A stretch of 64,000 bases of DNA from a virus. Taxonomy: Duplodnaviria; Caudoviricetes. Position numbers and translations under genes: made by a program. Numbering within the stretch: the stretch's first letter is position 1; every line of letters starts with the position of its first letter. Positions 11,159 to 20,249 of this stretch are shown here, in pieces. Under the pieces are notes generated by a model. It ran no database searches, had not been told where the DNA came from, and saw nothing but the letters and a program-made list of their open reading frames with translations. The stretch lies in the IMG/VR virus record IMGVR_UViG_3300021426_000067, one strand, 5' to 3'.

Positions 11159-13117
11159 TCAGTTTTCAAGGTAATGCTTTATGAAGTCTGCTTCTGATAG
11201 GATTGGTATACCTCGTTGTTTAGCTGCATTATTCTTAGCTGAATTACTATTTACATCATTGTTAATAAGTAAATCAGTTTTTCCTGTAATAGAACTTCCA
11301 ACTTTTCCGCCAGCTTTTTCAATAATAGATTTTAATTTGTCTCTATTTTTAAAATTTGTAAGTTTTCCAGTAATAACAATAATTTTTCCTTGTAAATTAC
11401 TATTTATTAAAGTGTTGTTTACAACAGGGGTTTCAATAATTAAAATTTTAGAAATTCTATCAGCTTCAGAATAATCAAAAGTTTTTAAGAAATTATCCAT
11501 TTCTATGCCGAAATTAGGTAAGTCATAAAAATGATATTCCTTATCTTTTACAGCATTACGGAAATCTTCATAAGTTTTAAATTCTTTAGCTAAATCTGCT
11601 GCAACTGTTTTTCCGATAAAAGGAATACCGATAGCAGAAATAAACGCATTAAGAGTTGTATGTTTATGTTCTTCTATTGATGCAAGAATTTTGTCAACAG
11701 ATTTAGTACCAAAGCCACTTTTATTAATCCATTCATTTCTATGGGCGGCAAGGGTAAAAACATCTTCTATATTATTTACCCAGCCCCAATCAATAAGTTT
11801 TTCAAAAGTTGCTTTTGAAAGTCCTTTTATATCAAGTCCTTTCTTTCCGCAAAAATGGTCAAGTCTATTGATTAACTTACCTCCGCATTGAGGATTAGTA
11901 CAATATAAAACCTCACTATCAATATCTTTTCTTATTTCTGTTGGCTGACCGCAATATGGGCAAATCTTGGGGATTTCAATCATTGGAATATTGTTAGGAT
12001 TATCTTCCTGTGCGCTTTCAACCTGTGGAATAATTTGATTAGCTTTATAAATAAAAACTTTCTGACCAGGATAAGCGCCACCCATAAGCTGTACCATAAC
12101 GCTAATATTATGTAAACTTGCTCTATTACAGATTGCTCCATCAATTTCAATATCTTTATAAATTAAAACAGGAGTAAGCTGTCCAGTTCTTCCCATAGTC
12201 CATTCAATATCTTTGACTTCTGTTTCATAAGATTCATCATAGAATTTATATGCCAAACCGCCCTTGAAGTGGTGGTCTGTGCGGCCTGCCGCCTCATAAT
12301 CTTTAACATTATCATATTTAAATACAACTCCGTCAATAGGGTAGCCTTTCTCTTTTGCTCTATCTTTAATATAAGTTATTGGTATATTAAGAGAATTAGC
12401 TTCTTTAATTTCTTCATCTATAATATAAGGTACTATATTAAAGCCAAGAATTTGTAACCCTATTAATTTAACGAATAATGAAGCCGCCTCTTCTTCTGCT
12501 TCTATTATATCCCAAGCCACAAAAGTTAATTTTCTTTTTTTACATTCTTTTGAATCTAATAATCTTATACTTCCACTTGCAAAATTACGAGGATTTTTAT
12601 AATCTTTTTTAAATGATTCAAAATCTTCATAAGTACAAATAATTTCTCCATCAATGATTAATTCTTTTTTATATTTGATTTCATTAGGGATAGATGAAAT
12701 TACTAAAGCATTATGAGTAACATCTTCCCCTTCTATACCGTTTCCTCTTGTTTCTGCGGAAACCAGTTTTCCATCAACATAGCGTAATGAACAAGTTAAA
12801 CCATCCATTTTTGCCATAGCAATCCATTCATGTCCTTTTATAAAAGATTCTACTTCTTTTATATTTTTTGTTTTATTAAGGGAAAGCATTGGATGATTAT
12901 GTTTAACTTTTTTTAATTCAGAAACTTTTTTAAAATGGATTTTATGAGTAGGAGAATTTTTAAAAAAGAAATCACATTCTTCTTCCAAAGTTTTTAATTC
13001 AAAATAAAGATTATCCCATTCTTCATCTGTCATTGTGGGAGTTCCTTTATCATATTCCTCTGTTGCTTTATTTAATAAAATTGTTAATTCTTTAATTCTT
13101 AAAATTCGTTTATCCAT
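11159..13117 (-). CDS. ligA: NAD-dependent DNA ligase
   Basis: KMDG active site, TRGNG, NPRN, GRTG, Zn finger CPYC..C, C-terminal BRCT. Confidence 0.95.
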   Translation of the reverse strand: MDKRILRIKELTILLNKATEEYDKGTPTMTDEEWDNLYFELKTLEEECDFFFKNSPTHKIHFKKVSELKKVKHNHPMLSLNKTKNIKEVESFIKGHEWIAMAKMDGLTCSLRYVDGKLVSAETRGNGIEGEDVTHNALVISSIPNEIKYKKELIIDGEIICTYEDFESFKKDYKNPRNFASGSIRLLDSKECKKRKLTFVAWDIIEAEEEAASLFVKLIGLQILGFNIVPYIIDEEIKEANSLNIPITYIKDRAKEKGYPIDGVVFKYDNVKDYEAAGRTDHHFKGGLAYKFYDESYETEVKDIEWTMGRTGQLTPVLIYKDIEIDGAICNRASLHNISVMVQLMGGAYPGQKVFIYKANQIIPQVESAQEDNPNNIPMIEIPKICPYCGQPTEIRKDIDSEVLYCTNPQCGGKLINRLDHFCGKKGLDIKGLSKATFEKLIDWGWVNNIEDVFTLAAHRNEWINKSGFGTKSVDKILASIEEHKHTTLNAFISAIGIPFIGKTVAADLAKEFKTYEDFRNAVKDKEYHFYDLPNFGIEMDNFLKTFDYSEADRISKILIIETPVVNNTLINSNLQGKIIVITGKLTNFKNRDKLKSIIEKAGGKVGSSITGKTDLLINNDVNSNSAKNNAAKQRGIPILSEADFIKHYLEN

Positions 13118-13171
13118 TATTTTCTCCTTTTTTTATATAAAAATATTATAACATATTTTTTATAAAAAATC

Positions 13172-13195
13172 AAAAAAGAGGGGCGACCCCTCTTT
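13172..13195 (-). terminator. Intrinsic terminator after gyrA
   Basis: AAAGAGGGG-tcgc-CCCTC followed by a T run on the minus strand. Confidence 0.55.
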
Positions 13196-15539
13196 AAAAT
13201 TTTACAACAGAGGAAATATTAGATTTTATCATAATATTTCCATAACTGGTTCTGGTTAATAAAGGTAAATCTGATGCGGTAATACATATAGAATTAGGCT
13301 GGCCTGTAAGAAGAACTGTATCAGAGTTAGATACGACAAAGGCTCCCGCAATATTTCCATAAACTACGCTTGGTTTATAAATTACAAGACCTTTTCCGCC
13401 ACGTCCTTGTACATTAAATTCTTTAACAGAAGTCTTTTTACCATATCCTTTTGTTGAAAATATAGCAATCTGATCTTTATCAGAAGAGATAGGGAGTCCA
13501 ACAACAACCTCGTCATCTTCATCTAATTTAATAGTTTTTACTCCTGCCGCAACTCTGCCAATAGGATTGACATTTTTACTTTCAAAATGAATTGACATTC
13601 CATTCTTAGTAATAACTAAAATATTTTCTTCATTGATAAATTCTACATTTGCAATAGAATCACCTTCATTAATTTTAATTGCCGCAATTCCCGTACTTCT
13701 TTTTACTTTTGTATATTCTTCAAGATAGGTTTTTTTCATTAAACCTTTTTTAGTAAAGAATACAACATATTTAGCAGTATTGCTTCTGGCAAGAGAGGTG
13801 ATAGCAATAACTTCATCATTTTCATCCATATGAATTAATGTACCCACATGAGTTCCTTTTGAAGCATTTGTTCCAACCGGCACTTCATCTACGATAATTT
13901 TATACATCTTACCTTTTTTAGTAAAAAGAAGAAGATTATCAATAGTATTAGTAGAAATGGTAGACATTACTACATCATCTTTTGTTTTTATGCCTTTCCC
14001 ATTTTTGCGCTGTACCTTAAAAGATTTTGTAGGTACACGTTTAATATCACCAGATTGAGACAATATAACAACGCAATCTTCTGGAACAACTTCTTCAATT
14101 TTTTTCTCTTCAGGTTTGATGTCAATATGAGTTAATTCAGTGCGGCGAGCATCTCCATATTTGTTAACCAGTCCTTGAAGCCGTACTTTAAGAATTCCGA
14201 TTTGCTCATCTCGACTATCTAAAATCTGATTAAGCATAAAAATTTTATCTTTTAAATCTTCGGCTTCTTTTTCTAATTCAACTTTTTCAAGTTTTGCAAG
14301 AGAAGAAAGTCTCATAGCTAAAATTGCTTTAGCTTGATTTTCTGTGAACTGATATTTTTTAATTAATGCTTCTTTTGCGGCAGCCGCACTTTCAGAACTT
14401 TTAATCAGCGCTATAATGTTGTCAATATCTTCGAGTGCCCGCAGTAAACCATTAACAATTTCAAGTCTATCAATAGCTTTGTTTAAATCAAATTGAATTT
14501 CTCTTACAATACAATTAATATTAAAATCAACATAAACTTTGATACAATCTTTAAGATTTAGTTCAGTTGGTACTTTATCAATAAGAGCAACTTGATTATA
14601 ACTAAATGAACTTTGAAGATTTGTTTTTGAAAATAACTTATTTACGATACTGATGGGATTAATTTTTTTATCACATTCAATAACAATTCTAATACCTTTT
14701 TTATTAGATTCGTCACGAATATTCTCAATTCCTTCAATTTCTTTTGAATCAGCAACTTCGCCAATTTCTGCCATTAATCCTTCAACAGTAGTTCCATAAG
14801 GAATCTCAGTAAAGATAATTTTTCGTTTATCAATTTCATACTTACCGCGGACTTTTACACTTCCATGGCCAGTTCTCATAATAGTTGGAATATCTTTTGA
14901 ATTAATAATAATTCCACCCGTAGGAAAATCTGGTCCAGGAAGCATCGGTTCTTCTCCCGCTAAATATTGATTAATTGCGGCAGCTACTTCATTTAAATTA
15001 TGGGGTGCCCATGAGCAAGCCATAGCCACACCAATTCCGCTGTTAGGATTACAAAGTAAATTTGGGAAGATGCTTGGTAATGAAATTGGTTCTTCTGTTG
15101 TTTCATCATAGTTTGGAAGGAAATCAACATTATTTTTCTTTATACCTTGAAGTAATCCATCTTCAGCAAGTTTACTCAATCGACATTCAGTATAACGCAT
15201 GTGAGCAGGTCCATCGCCAATAATATTACCATTATTCCCATGAAAATCAATTAATGGATAACGCATAATCCAATTTTGTGATAACCGCACTAACGCGCCA
15301 TAGATAGATGAATCTCCATGTGGATGATATGTACCCATAATATCACCCACAAGTTTAGCTGCTTTTACATGAGGTTTTTTTGATACACATTTAGTTTTAT
15401 CTTCAGCTCCCCATAAAATGCGTTTAGCAACTGGTTTAAGACCATCTTTAGCATTAGGTATAGCACGGTCAGTATTCACGGCAACCGCATATTCTATAAA
15501 ATTTGTTCCTAATTCTTTTGTTAAATCATTCTGCATCAT
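13194..15539 (-). CDS. gyrA: DNA gyrase / type IIA topoisomerase subunit A
   Basis: DGLKPV, YHPHGDSS, AHMRYTE catalytic Tyr, GPDFPTGG, beta-pinwheel CTD with QRKNGKG. Confidence 0.95.
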   Translation of the reverse strand: MMQNDLTKELGTNFIEYAVAVNTDRAIPNAKDGLKPVAKRILWGAEDKTKCVSKKPHVKAAKLVGDIMGTYHPHGDSSIYGALVRLSQNWIMRYPLIDFHGNNGNIIGDGPAHMRYTECRLSKLAEDGLLQGIKKNNVDFLPNYDETTEEPISLPSIFPNLLCNPNSGIGVAMACSWAPHNLNEVAAAINQYLAGEEPMLPGPDFPTGGIIINSKDIPTIMRTGHGSVKVRGKYEIDKRKIIFTEIPYGTTVEGLMAEIGEVADSKEIEGIENIRDESNKKGIRIVIECDKKINPISIVNKLFSKTNLQSSFSYNQVALIDKVPTELNLKDCIKVYVDFNINCIVREIQFDLNKAIDRLEIVNGLLRALEDIDNIIALIKSSESAAAAKEALIKKYQFTENQAKAILAMRLSSLAKLEKVELEKEAEDLKDKIFMLNQILDSRDEQIGILKVRLQGLVNKYGDARRTELTHIDIKPEEKKIEEVVPEDCVVILSQSGDIKRVPTKSFKVQRKNGKGIKTKDDVVMSTISTNTIDNLLLFTKKGKMYKIIVDEVPVGTNASKGTHVGTLIHMDENDEVIAITSLARSNTAKYVVFFTKKGLMKKTYLEEYTKVKRSTGIAAIKINEGDSIANVEFINEENILVITKNGMSIHFESKNVNPIGRVAAGVKTIKLDEDDEVVVGLPISSDKDQIAIFSTKGYGKKTSVKEFNVQGRGGKGLVIYKPSVVYGNIAGAFVVSNSDTVLLTGQPNSICITASDLPLLTRTSYGNIMIKSNISSVVKF

Positions 15540-15798
15540 TTATAACCTCATAATTTACTTCTAAAGGAGCACCCCAATCTTCTATCCTATAATCATCTAT
15601 AATTAAATCTAAATCGCATAAAAGATCTTCTTCATCAAGAAATTTCATAGAATTTTCTTTTAATCTTTGAAGTTCCTCTTCTGTTAATTCTAAAATACCT
15701 TCTTTATGTCCATAACGTAAATACCCAAAAACATAATCTAATGGAATATTAAATTTTACTTTTATTGTTTTATTCTGCATTATATGTAGCCTCCGCAC
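15526..15798 (-). CDS. Small acidic hypothetical protein between gyrB and gyrA
   Basis: ORF overlaps the gyrB stop and the gyrA start; true start may be the internal MQNK. Confidence 0.6.
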   Translation of the reverse strand: MRRLHIMQNKTIKVKFNIPLDYVFGYLRYGHKEGILELTEEELQRLKENSMKFLDEEDLLCDLDLIIDDYRIEDWGAPLEVNYEVINDAE

Positions 15799-17686
15799 TA
15801 TGTTCTTTAATATATCTTTTTCTTGGCATAACTAAATTACCCATTAAATCATTAAAAAGTTTATTAGCCGCTGTAACATCTTCAACAGTAATTTGTTTAA
15901 TAATTCTGTTATTTGGATCTGTAAGAGTTTCTTCAATCTCTTCAACGTCCATTTCACCAAGACCTTTCATACGACCAATCTGACTTGTTTTTCCCCTATT
16001 TTCTTTTTGAAACTCAGCTAATGCTTCATCATTTTTAAGATATTTATAGCCTTTATTTGCAGCAAGAGTAACTTTATAAAGAGGGGGAACGCCTGCATAA
16101 ACATATCCATCTTTAACTAAATCTGGACAAAAGTTCCATATAAACGTATAGAAAAGATTTTTAATATGTGCTCCGTCAACATCTGCATCTGACATAATAA
16201 TTATCTTACCATATCGGACTTGATGATAATTTACTTTTAAAGTTTTAGGATCAATAGACCAGTCTCCAGGTCCAAAGAAAGCATCACACATTGTCATAAT
16301 TTCTGCATTTTTTTGAATTTGTGCAAAAGTAGCTTTCTGTGTATTAAGGATTTTACCACGAACAGGAATAACTGCCTGAAATTCATTATCACGAGCAAGT
16401 TTTAACATACCTGCCGCACTATCTCCCTCAACGACATAAACTTCACATTTATCTCTTCTTTCAGAATAACAATCCGCAAGTTTAGTGTCAAATTTAAGTG
16501 CTTTTTGTTTCTTTTTATTCTGTTCTCTTGCTTTATCTCTTGCTTTCTTCGCGGCGTCTCGTGCTTTACGTGCGGCAGCCGCCTTCTCAAAAATTAATTT
16601 TACTTCTTTTTCATTATTATTAAACCAAATATTTAAATTTGTGCTTAATGCAGAAGTAAAAGGAGTCATATCAATTTTTGTAACTCTGCTTTTGACCTGG
16701 GCATCATATCCTACATTTGGGGCTGTAATATTAAATACTACATACATTCCCTCTTGAATATCATCACCAGTTAAATTTGCATCTTTTTCTTTTAACCATT
16801 TTTTCTCTTTAAAGAATTTATTAAATTCCCTTGTAATAACAGTTTTAATCTGAGTGATATGTGGTCCAGATTCAGTCAAGCCTGTATTGACATAGGGAAC
16901 AATAGTAGAAGAATAATTGCTTGTATATGTGAAAGCCATATCAAGTTTATTTTTACCTTCTGAAAAATTCATTGAAAAACGATTATCAAGAAGTTCTGCA
17001 TTTTTATTTACAACATTATTTATTAAGTCATGGATACCATTTACAGAAACAAAAATGATTGGTGCTTCATTATTATATTGTAAATTGATAGTTAATCCAG
17101 GGCATAAACTTACAATAGTTTGAAATAAATCTTTAATTTTATTTATTTCGACTTCTGTATGTGTAAAAAATTCTCCTGAAGGTTTCCATTCAACAAGAGT
17201 ACCAGAAACACCTCCCGCACCAGTTGTTCTATTAGAAAAAACACCTTCTTCAAAATATACTTCTTCCCATTGTGAATCTCTCATTGTTTTAACTCTTAAC
17301 CAATGAGAAAGAAAAGTAGTAATTTTAGAACCAATACCAAAAGAACCTAATGAAGTTCCTTCATAAGTTCCATCTTCTCGATATTTACCTGATGTATTTA
17401 ATACACTGAAAGCTGCTTCAAGAATAGTTTTTCCATCTTCTCTAAATGAATTTGGAATAAAACCTTGTCCATAATCTCGGACTGCAACCATATCTCCAAT
17501 TATTGTTACATCAATTTTATTTCCATGTCCAAGTCGATATTCATCAACTGCATTAGAAATAATTTCAACTAACAACTGAGTTGAATATGTACAATCACCG
17601 GCATATACTTGAGGACGAAGTCTTGTAAATTCAAGAGGACTTAAACTTTCAATACTCTCTTCTGTATATAAATGTTTATCGTTCAT
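15770..17686 (-). CDS. gyrB: DNA gyrase / type IIA topoisomerase subunit B
   Basis: EIISNAVDE, VEGDSA, PVRGKILN, SDADVDGAHI, MKGLGEM. Confidence 0.95.
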   Translation of the reverse strand: MNDKHLYTEESIESLSPLEFTRLRPQVYAGDCTYSTQLLVEIISNAVDEYRLGHGNKIDVTIIGDMVAVRDYGQGFIPNSFREDGKTILEAAFSVLNTSGKYREDGTYEGTSLGSFGIGSKITTFLSHWLRVKTMRDSQWEEVYFEEGVFSNRTTGAGGVSGTLVEWKPSGEFFTHTEVEINKIKDLFQTIVSLCPGLTINLQYNNEAPIIFVSVNGIHDLINNVVNKNAELLDNRFSMNFSEGKNKLDMAFTYTSNYSSTIVPYVNTGLTESGPHITQIKTVITREFNKFFKEKKWLKEKDANLTGDDIQEGMYVVFNITAPNVGYDAQVKSRVTKIDMTPFTSALSTNLNIWFNNNEKEVKLIFEKAAAARKARDAAKKARDKAREQNKKKQKALKFDTKLADCYSERRDKCEVYVVEGDSAAGMLKLARDNEFQAVIPVRGKILNTQKATFAQIQKNAEIMTMCDAFFGPGDWSIDPKTLKVNYHQVRYGKIIIMSDADVDGAHIKNLFYTFIWNFCPDLVKDGYVYAGVPPLYKVTLAANKGYKYLKNDEALAEFQKENRGKTSQIGRMKGLGEMDVEEIEETLTDPNNRIIKQITVEDVTAANKLFNDLMGNLVMPRKRYIKEHSAEATYNAE

Positions 17687-17754
17687 ATTTTTTACCTTTC
17701 ATTTTTTATTATATAATAATATTATAACAAATTTTTTTAATTTTAGCAAATTTT

Positions 17755-18258
17755 TTACGAGAGCTTAATCTGAATATGGTTCTTTAATATAAGATTTGAA
17801 AATTTTTGCTTGTCTGCCGCGGCAAGAGCATCAGCCAATTCATTCCCTATAATTCCTTTATGTCCTTCAACTTTGACAATATAAATTTGATTAATGAAAA
17901 ATTTTATATTATAATATTCATATAGGGATAATATAATATCCAGATTTTTTACAGTTTTGTTTTTACTATTCTTCCAGTCATTTTGACTCCAAGAATAAAT
18001 CCAAGAAGTGAGGATATTTATACAATATGCAGAATCAGAATAAATTGTAGCTTGTTCATTTTTATATTTAGAATTTAATAATTCAAATGTTTTTAGAAAT
18101 GCTTTTAATTCCATTTGATTATTTGTTACATTATCAAATTGTTCAGAATAAGCATCAATTAAATTGCGGTTTTCATCAAATATTATTATACCATAGCCGC
18201 CCTTTGAATTATTTTTACCATTCCCGCGACAAGAACCATCTATATAAATATATAACAT
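17755..18258 (-). CDS. rnhA: Ribonuclease HI
   Basis: YIDGSC.GN, TNNQMEL, YSDSAY, VKNLD, KVEGH.G..GNELADALA. Confidence 0.92.
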   Translation of the reverse strand: MLYIYIDGSCRGNGKNNSKGGYGIIIFDENRNLIDAYSEQFDNVTNNQMELKAFLKTFELLNSKYKNEQATIYSDSAYCINILTSWIYSWSQNDWKNSKNKTVKNLDIILSLYEYYNIKFFINQIYIVKVEGHKGIIGNELADALAAADKQKFSNLILKNHIQIKLS

Positions 18259-18331
18259 ATTATAATCTCCTTGATATTTTTATAGTATATTATATAATAA
18301 AATCTTATTTTTGTCAAATAGAGACAAAAAA

Positions 18332-18369
18332 ATAGGTATTTTAATAGCTTTAGCTATTAAAATACCTAT
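18332..18369 (-). terminator. Long perfect hairpin (18-bp arms) terminating the holin gene
   Basis: ATAGGTATTTTAATAGCT-tt-AGCTATTAAAATACCTAT followed by a T run on the minus strand. Confidence 0.65.
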
Positions 18370-18380
18370 ACAGTTTGTTT

Positions 18381-18647
18381 TTATTTTTTAGGCTTTTGAT
18401 ATGTCATAGCCTGGGCACTATCAGTAACTCCTGCTGTTGTAGGGTCATTAAGTGCGTTCCATACTGATACAGCAATTAAACCAAGCACATAGGGATTACT
18501 TAAAGCTCCCATTAAAAGGTTGCCAAGTGCTCCCCAAGTTGTAAGATCTTGAAGAGTTAATCCCGCATATGCGAGAATTGGAGTTAAGATAGCAAGGATA
18601 AGTTGAACAATAAAAACAGGATTTCTAAATCTGACTTTTAGATTCAT
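18381..18647 (-). CDS. Holin (phiLC3-like family)
   Basis: MNLKVRFRNPVF, two hydrophobic segments, DPTTAGVTDSAQAMTY.KPK; GGAGG RBS before the ATG at 18647. Confidence 0.85.
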   Translation of the reverse strand: MNLKVRFRNPVFIVQLILAILTPILAYAGLTLQDLTTWGALGNLLMGALSNPYVLGLIAVSVWNALNDPTTAGVTDSAQAMTYQKPKK

Positions 18648-18732
18648 ATATATACCTCCATTCAACAATAAAAAAACATTCCTTAGAGATTTGATTCTCT
18701 AAGGAATATAAAAAATAGAAGTATATAATTAT

Positions 18733-19227
18733 TCATTTTTGTCCAAAATCCACCATCATCCGCAGTCCTTCTTTACTATTGTATTTAAAGATGTTATCAA
18801 AGCCTTCTTTAAAAGAAGGTTCAACAAGCTGAGTAAACATACGGCGAATAGTGCCTCTGGGGACATATGCGCGAGTTCCTTTGCGTTTTTCATTTCTCTC
18901 TAAACAAGTTTCAAGATCTTCATCAATAAGAACAATATTGAGTTTAGCATATCCTGTAACGTGTTGAATGAACCATTTTCTGGATCTTGGAGTAAGAGAT
19001 GTCTGATCTGCTACAACATGATTTCCTTTAGCAAGATTATCATTAATCTGTTTCCAAAATTCTTTAGTAACTTCATCTTCCCGTGAAAAATAATCCTCAT
19101 CAGGTGATACTAAAGAAAAACGAATTTTATCACGAGAAATTACTGAAACAGCTTGATTAAAATTTTCTTCAATAAAAGTTGATTTTCCTGCGCCAGGACA
19201 ACCACACATTAAGTATAAGTTAGCCAT
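18733..19227 (-). CDS. P-loop kinase (polynucleotide kinase-like, AAA_33)
   Basis: CGCPGAGKST, ISRDKIR, ADQT, CLERNEKR. Confidence 0.8.
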   Translation of the reverse strand: MANLYLMCGCPGAGKSTFIEENFNQAVSVISRDKIRFSLVSPDEDYFSREDEVTKEFWKQINDNLAKGNHVVADQTSLTPRSRKWFIQHVTGYAKLNIVLIDEDLETCLERNEKRKGTRAYVPRGTIRRMFTQLVEPSFKEGFDNIFKYNSKEGLRMMVDFGQK

Positions 19228-19495
19228 TATAATTTTCCTTTCTAAGAGTTTTTAAAGGTTTTATTCTATTGCCATCTTTATCAAAATTATGATGCTCCAT
19301 TTCATATTTAAAATCTTCATAAGTATAATTTGAATAAGGCTTTACTTCAGCGTGATTCCAAAGTTTCCCACAATATACACAATAAAGTTTTTTTAAATGT
19401 CCATCCTCGCGGGAATGGGATTTTTTTCTACAGATTGGTAATCCCTCTTTTCCGCAGTTACAGCAATACATTTTTGAAATTGTAAAATTACTCAT
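19220..19495 (-). CDS. Small Zn-ribbon hypothetical protein
   Basis: YCCNCG...HLKKLYCVYC. Confidence 0.7.
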   Translation of the reverse strand: MSNFTISKMYCCNCGKEGLPICRKKSHSREDGHLKKLYCVYCGKLWNHAEVKPYSNYTYEDFKYEMEHHNFDKDGNRIKPLKTLRKENYNG

Positions 19496-19721
19496 TAGAT
19501 GTATTCATTACCTCCTTTAAGAAATAAAGAGATTTAGCAAAATCTTTTATATCGTCTAAAATAAATTCATCCTCAATATAGAATACATCTCTATGATATT
19601 TGTCATAATACCAACCTTGGAAATTTATGATAAATTGTCCAAACCGCCAGTCAGGAAAATAGGTTCTATGAATTTCTTTTAATGTTTCATAAAAAGTATC
19701 TAATCTATTAGGGTCTCTCAT
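19488..19721 (-). CDS. Hypothetical phage protein (MRDPNR / PDWRFGQ type)
   Basis: Intact ORF with RBS, first gene after a sigmaA-like promoter. Confidence 0.75.
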   Translation of the reverse strand: MRDPNRLDTFYETLKEIHRTYFPDWRFGQFIINFQGWYYDKYHRDVFYIEDEFILDDIKDFAKSLYFLKEVMNTSNE

Positions 19722-19781
19722 AATATCACTCTCCTTTTGTTTTTTAACTTTTAAATATTTTTATTTCTCATTTCTATAAAA

Positions 19782-19810
19782 ATTATAACAAAATTTTTAT
19801 AAAATATCAA
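19782..19810 (-). promoter_or_regulatory. SigmaA-like early promoter (representative of a recurrent family)
   Basis: TTGATA-17bp-TATAAT with extended TG; similar TTGA/TTGC..TATAAT elements near 1557, 5874, 8053, 8485, 11018, 11141, 13145, 17721, 18289, 61665, 62943, 63589 (minus) and 28939 (plus). Confidence 0.7.
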
Positions 19811-19821
19811 AAAATTCTTTG

Positions 19822-19863
19822 TGGTCAAGATATAATAATTAAAATAAATAAATTTTTAATATA
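19822..19863 (+). promoter_or_regulatory. Putative late-promoter motif T(G/T)G(T/A)CAA(G/A)A-N21/22-TTTTTWATAT
   Basis: Heads the plus-strand structural operon; matching copies at 18705-18745(-), 36005-36047(+), 59877-59919(-). Confidence 0.55.
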
Positions 19864-19936
19864 AGTATGGAAAGAAAATTTTTAAATGAAACTATTGAGG
19901 TTTCTTATTGTTTTTATAAAATGGAGGAAAAATATT

Positions 19937-20218
19937 ATGTTAAATGGAAGAGTAGGGCAAGTAGTTGGCCCATTTGAAGCAGGAGTAGATTTATTAGATA
20001 GTGATGCTCCTATTGGTGCGTATACACCTGAAACTTCAAGACCTATTATTTATAAATTAGGTATTCAGGCGGCAGAGGGTACTGAAGTAAAAATTAATAA
20101 AGCAACCATTAAAATTGGTAAAACAGGCATTTATGAATTGGATAATGTTGTTGATGTATATCGTTTAATTTTCCCGAATGGAGCAGATTCAGATACTCTT
20201 GTTGATTTTGTATATTAA
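19937..20218 (+). CDS. Small putative virion protein (paralog of 49190-49552)
   Basis: GGAGG RBS before the ATG at 19937; GQVVGPFEAG, KLGIQ, IGKTGIYEL, VDFVY. Confidence 0.7.
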   Translation: MLNGRVGQVVGPFEAGVDLLDSDAPIGAYTPETSRPIIYKLGIQAAEGTEVKINKATIKIGKTGIYELDNVVDVYRLIFPNGADSDTLVDFVY

Positions 20219-20249
20219 TTAACAAAAATCGTAAAGGAGATAAAAGGAT

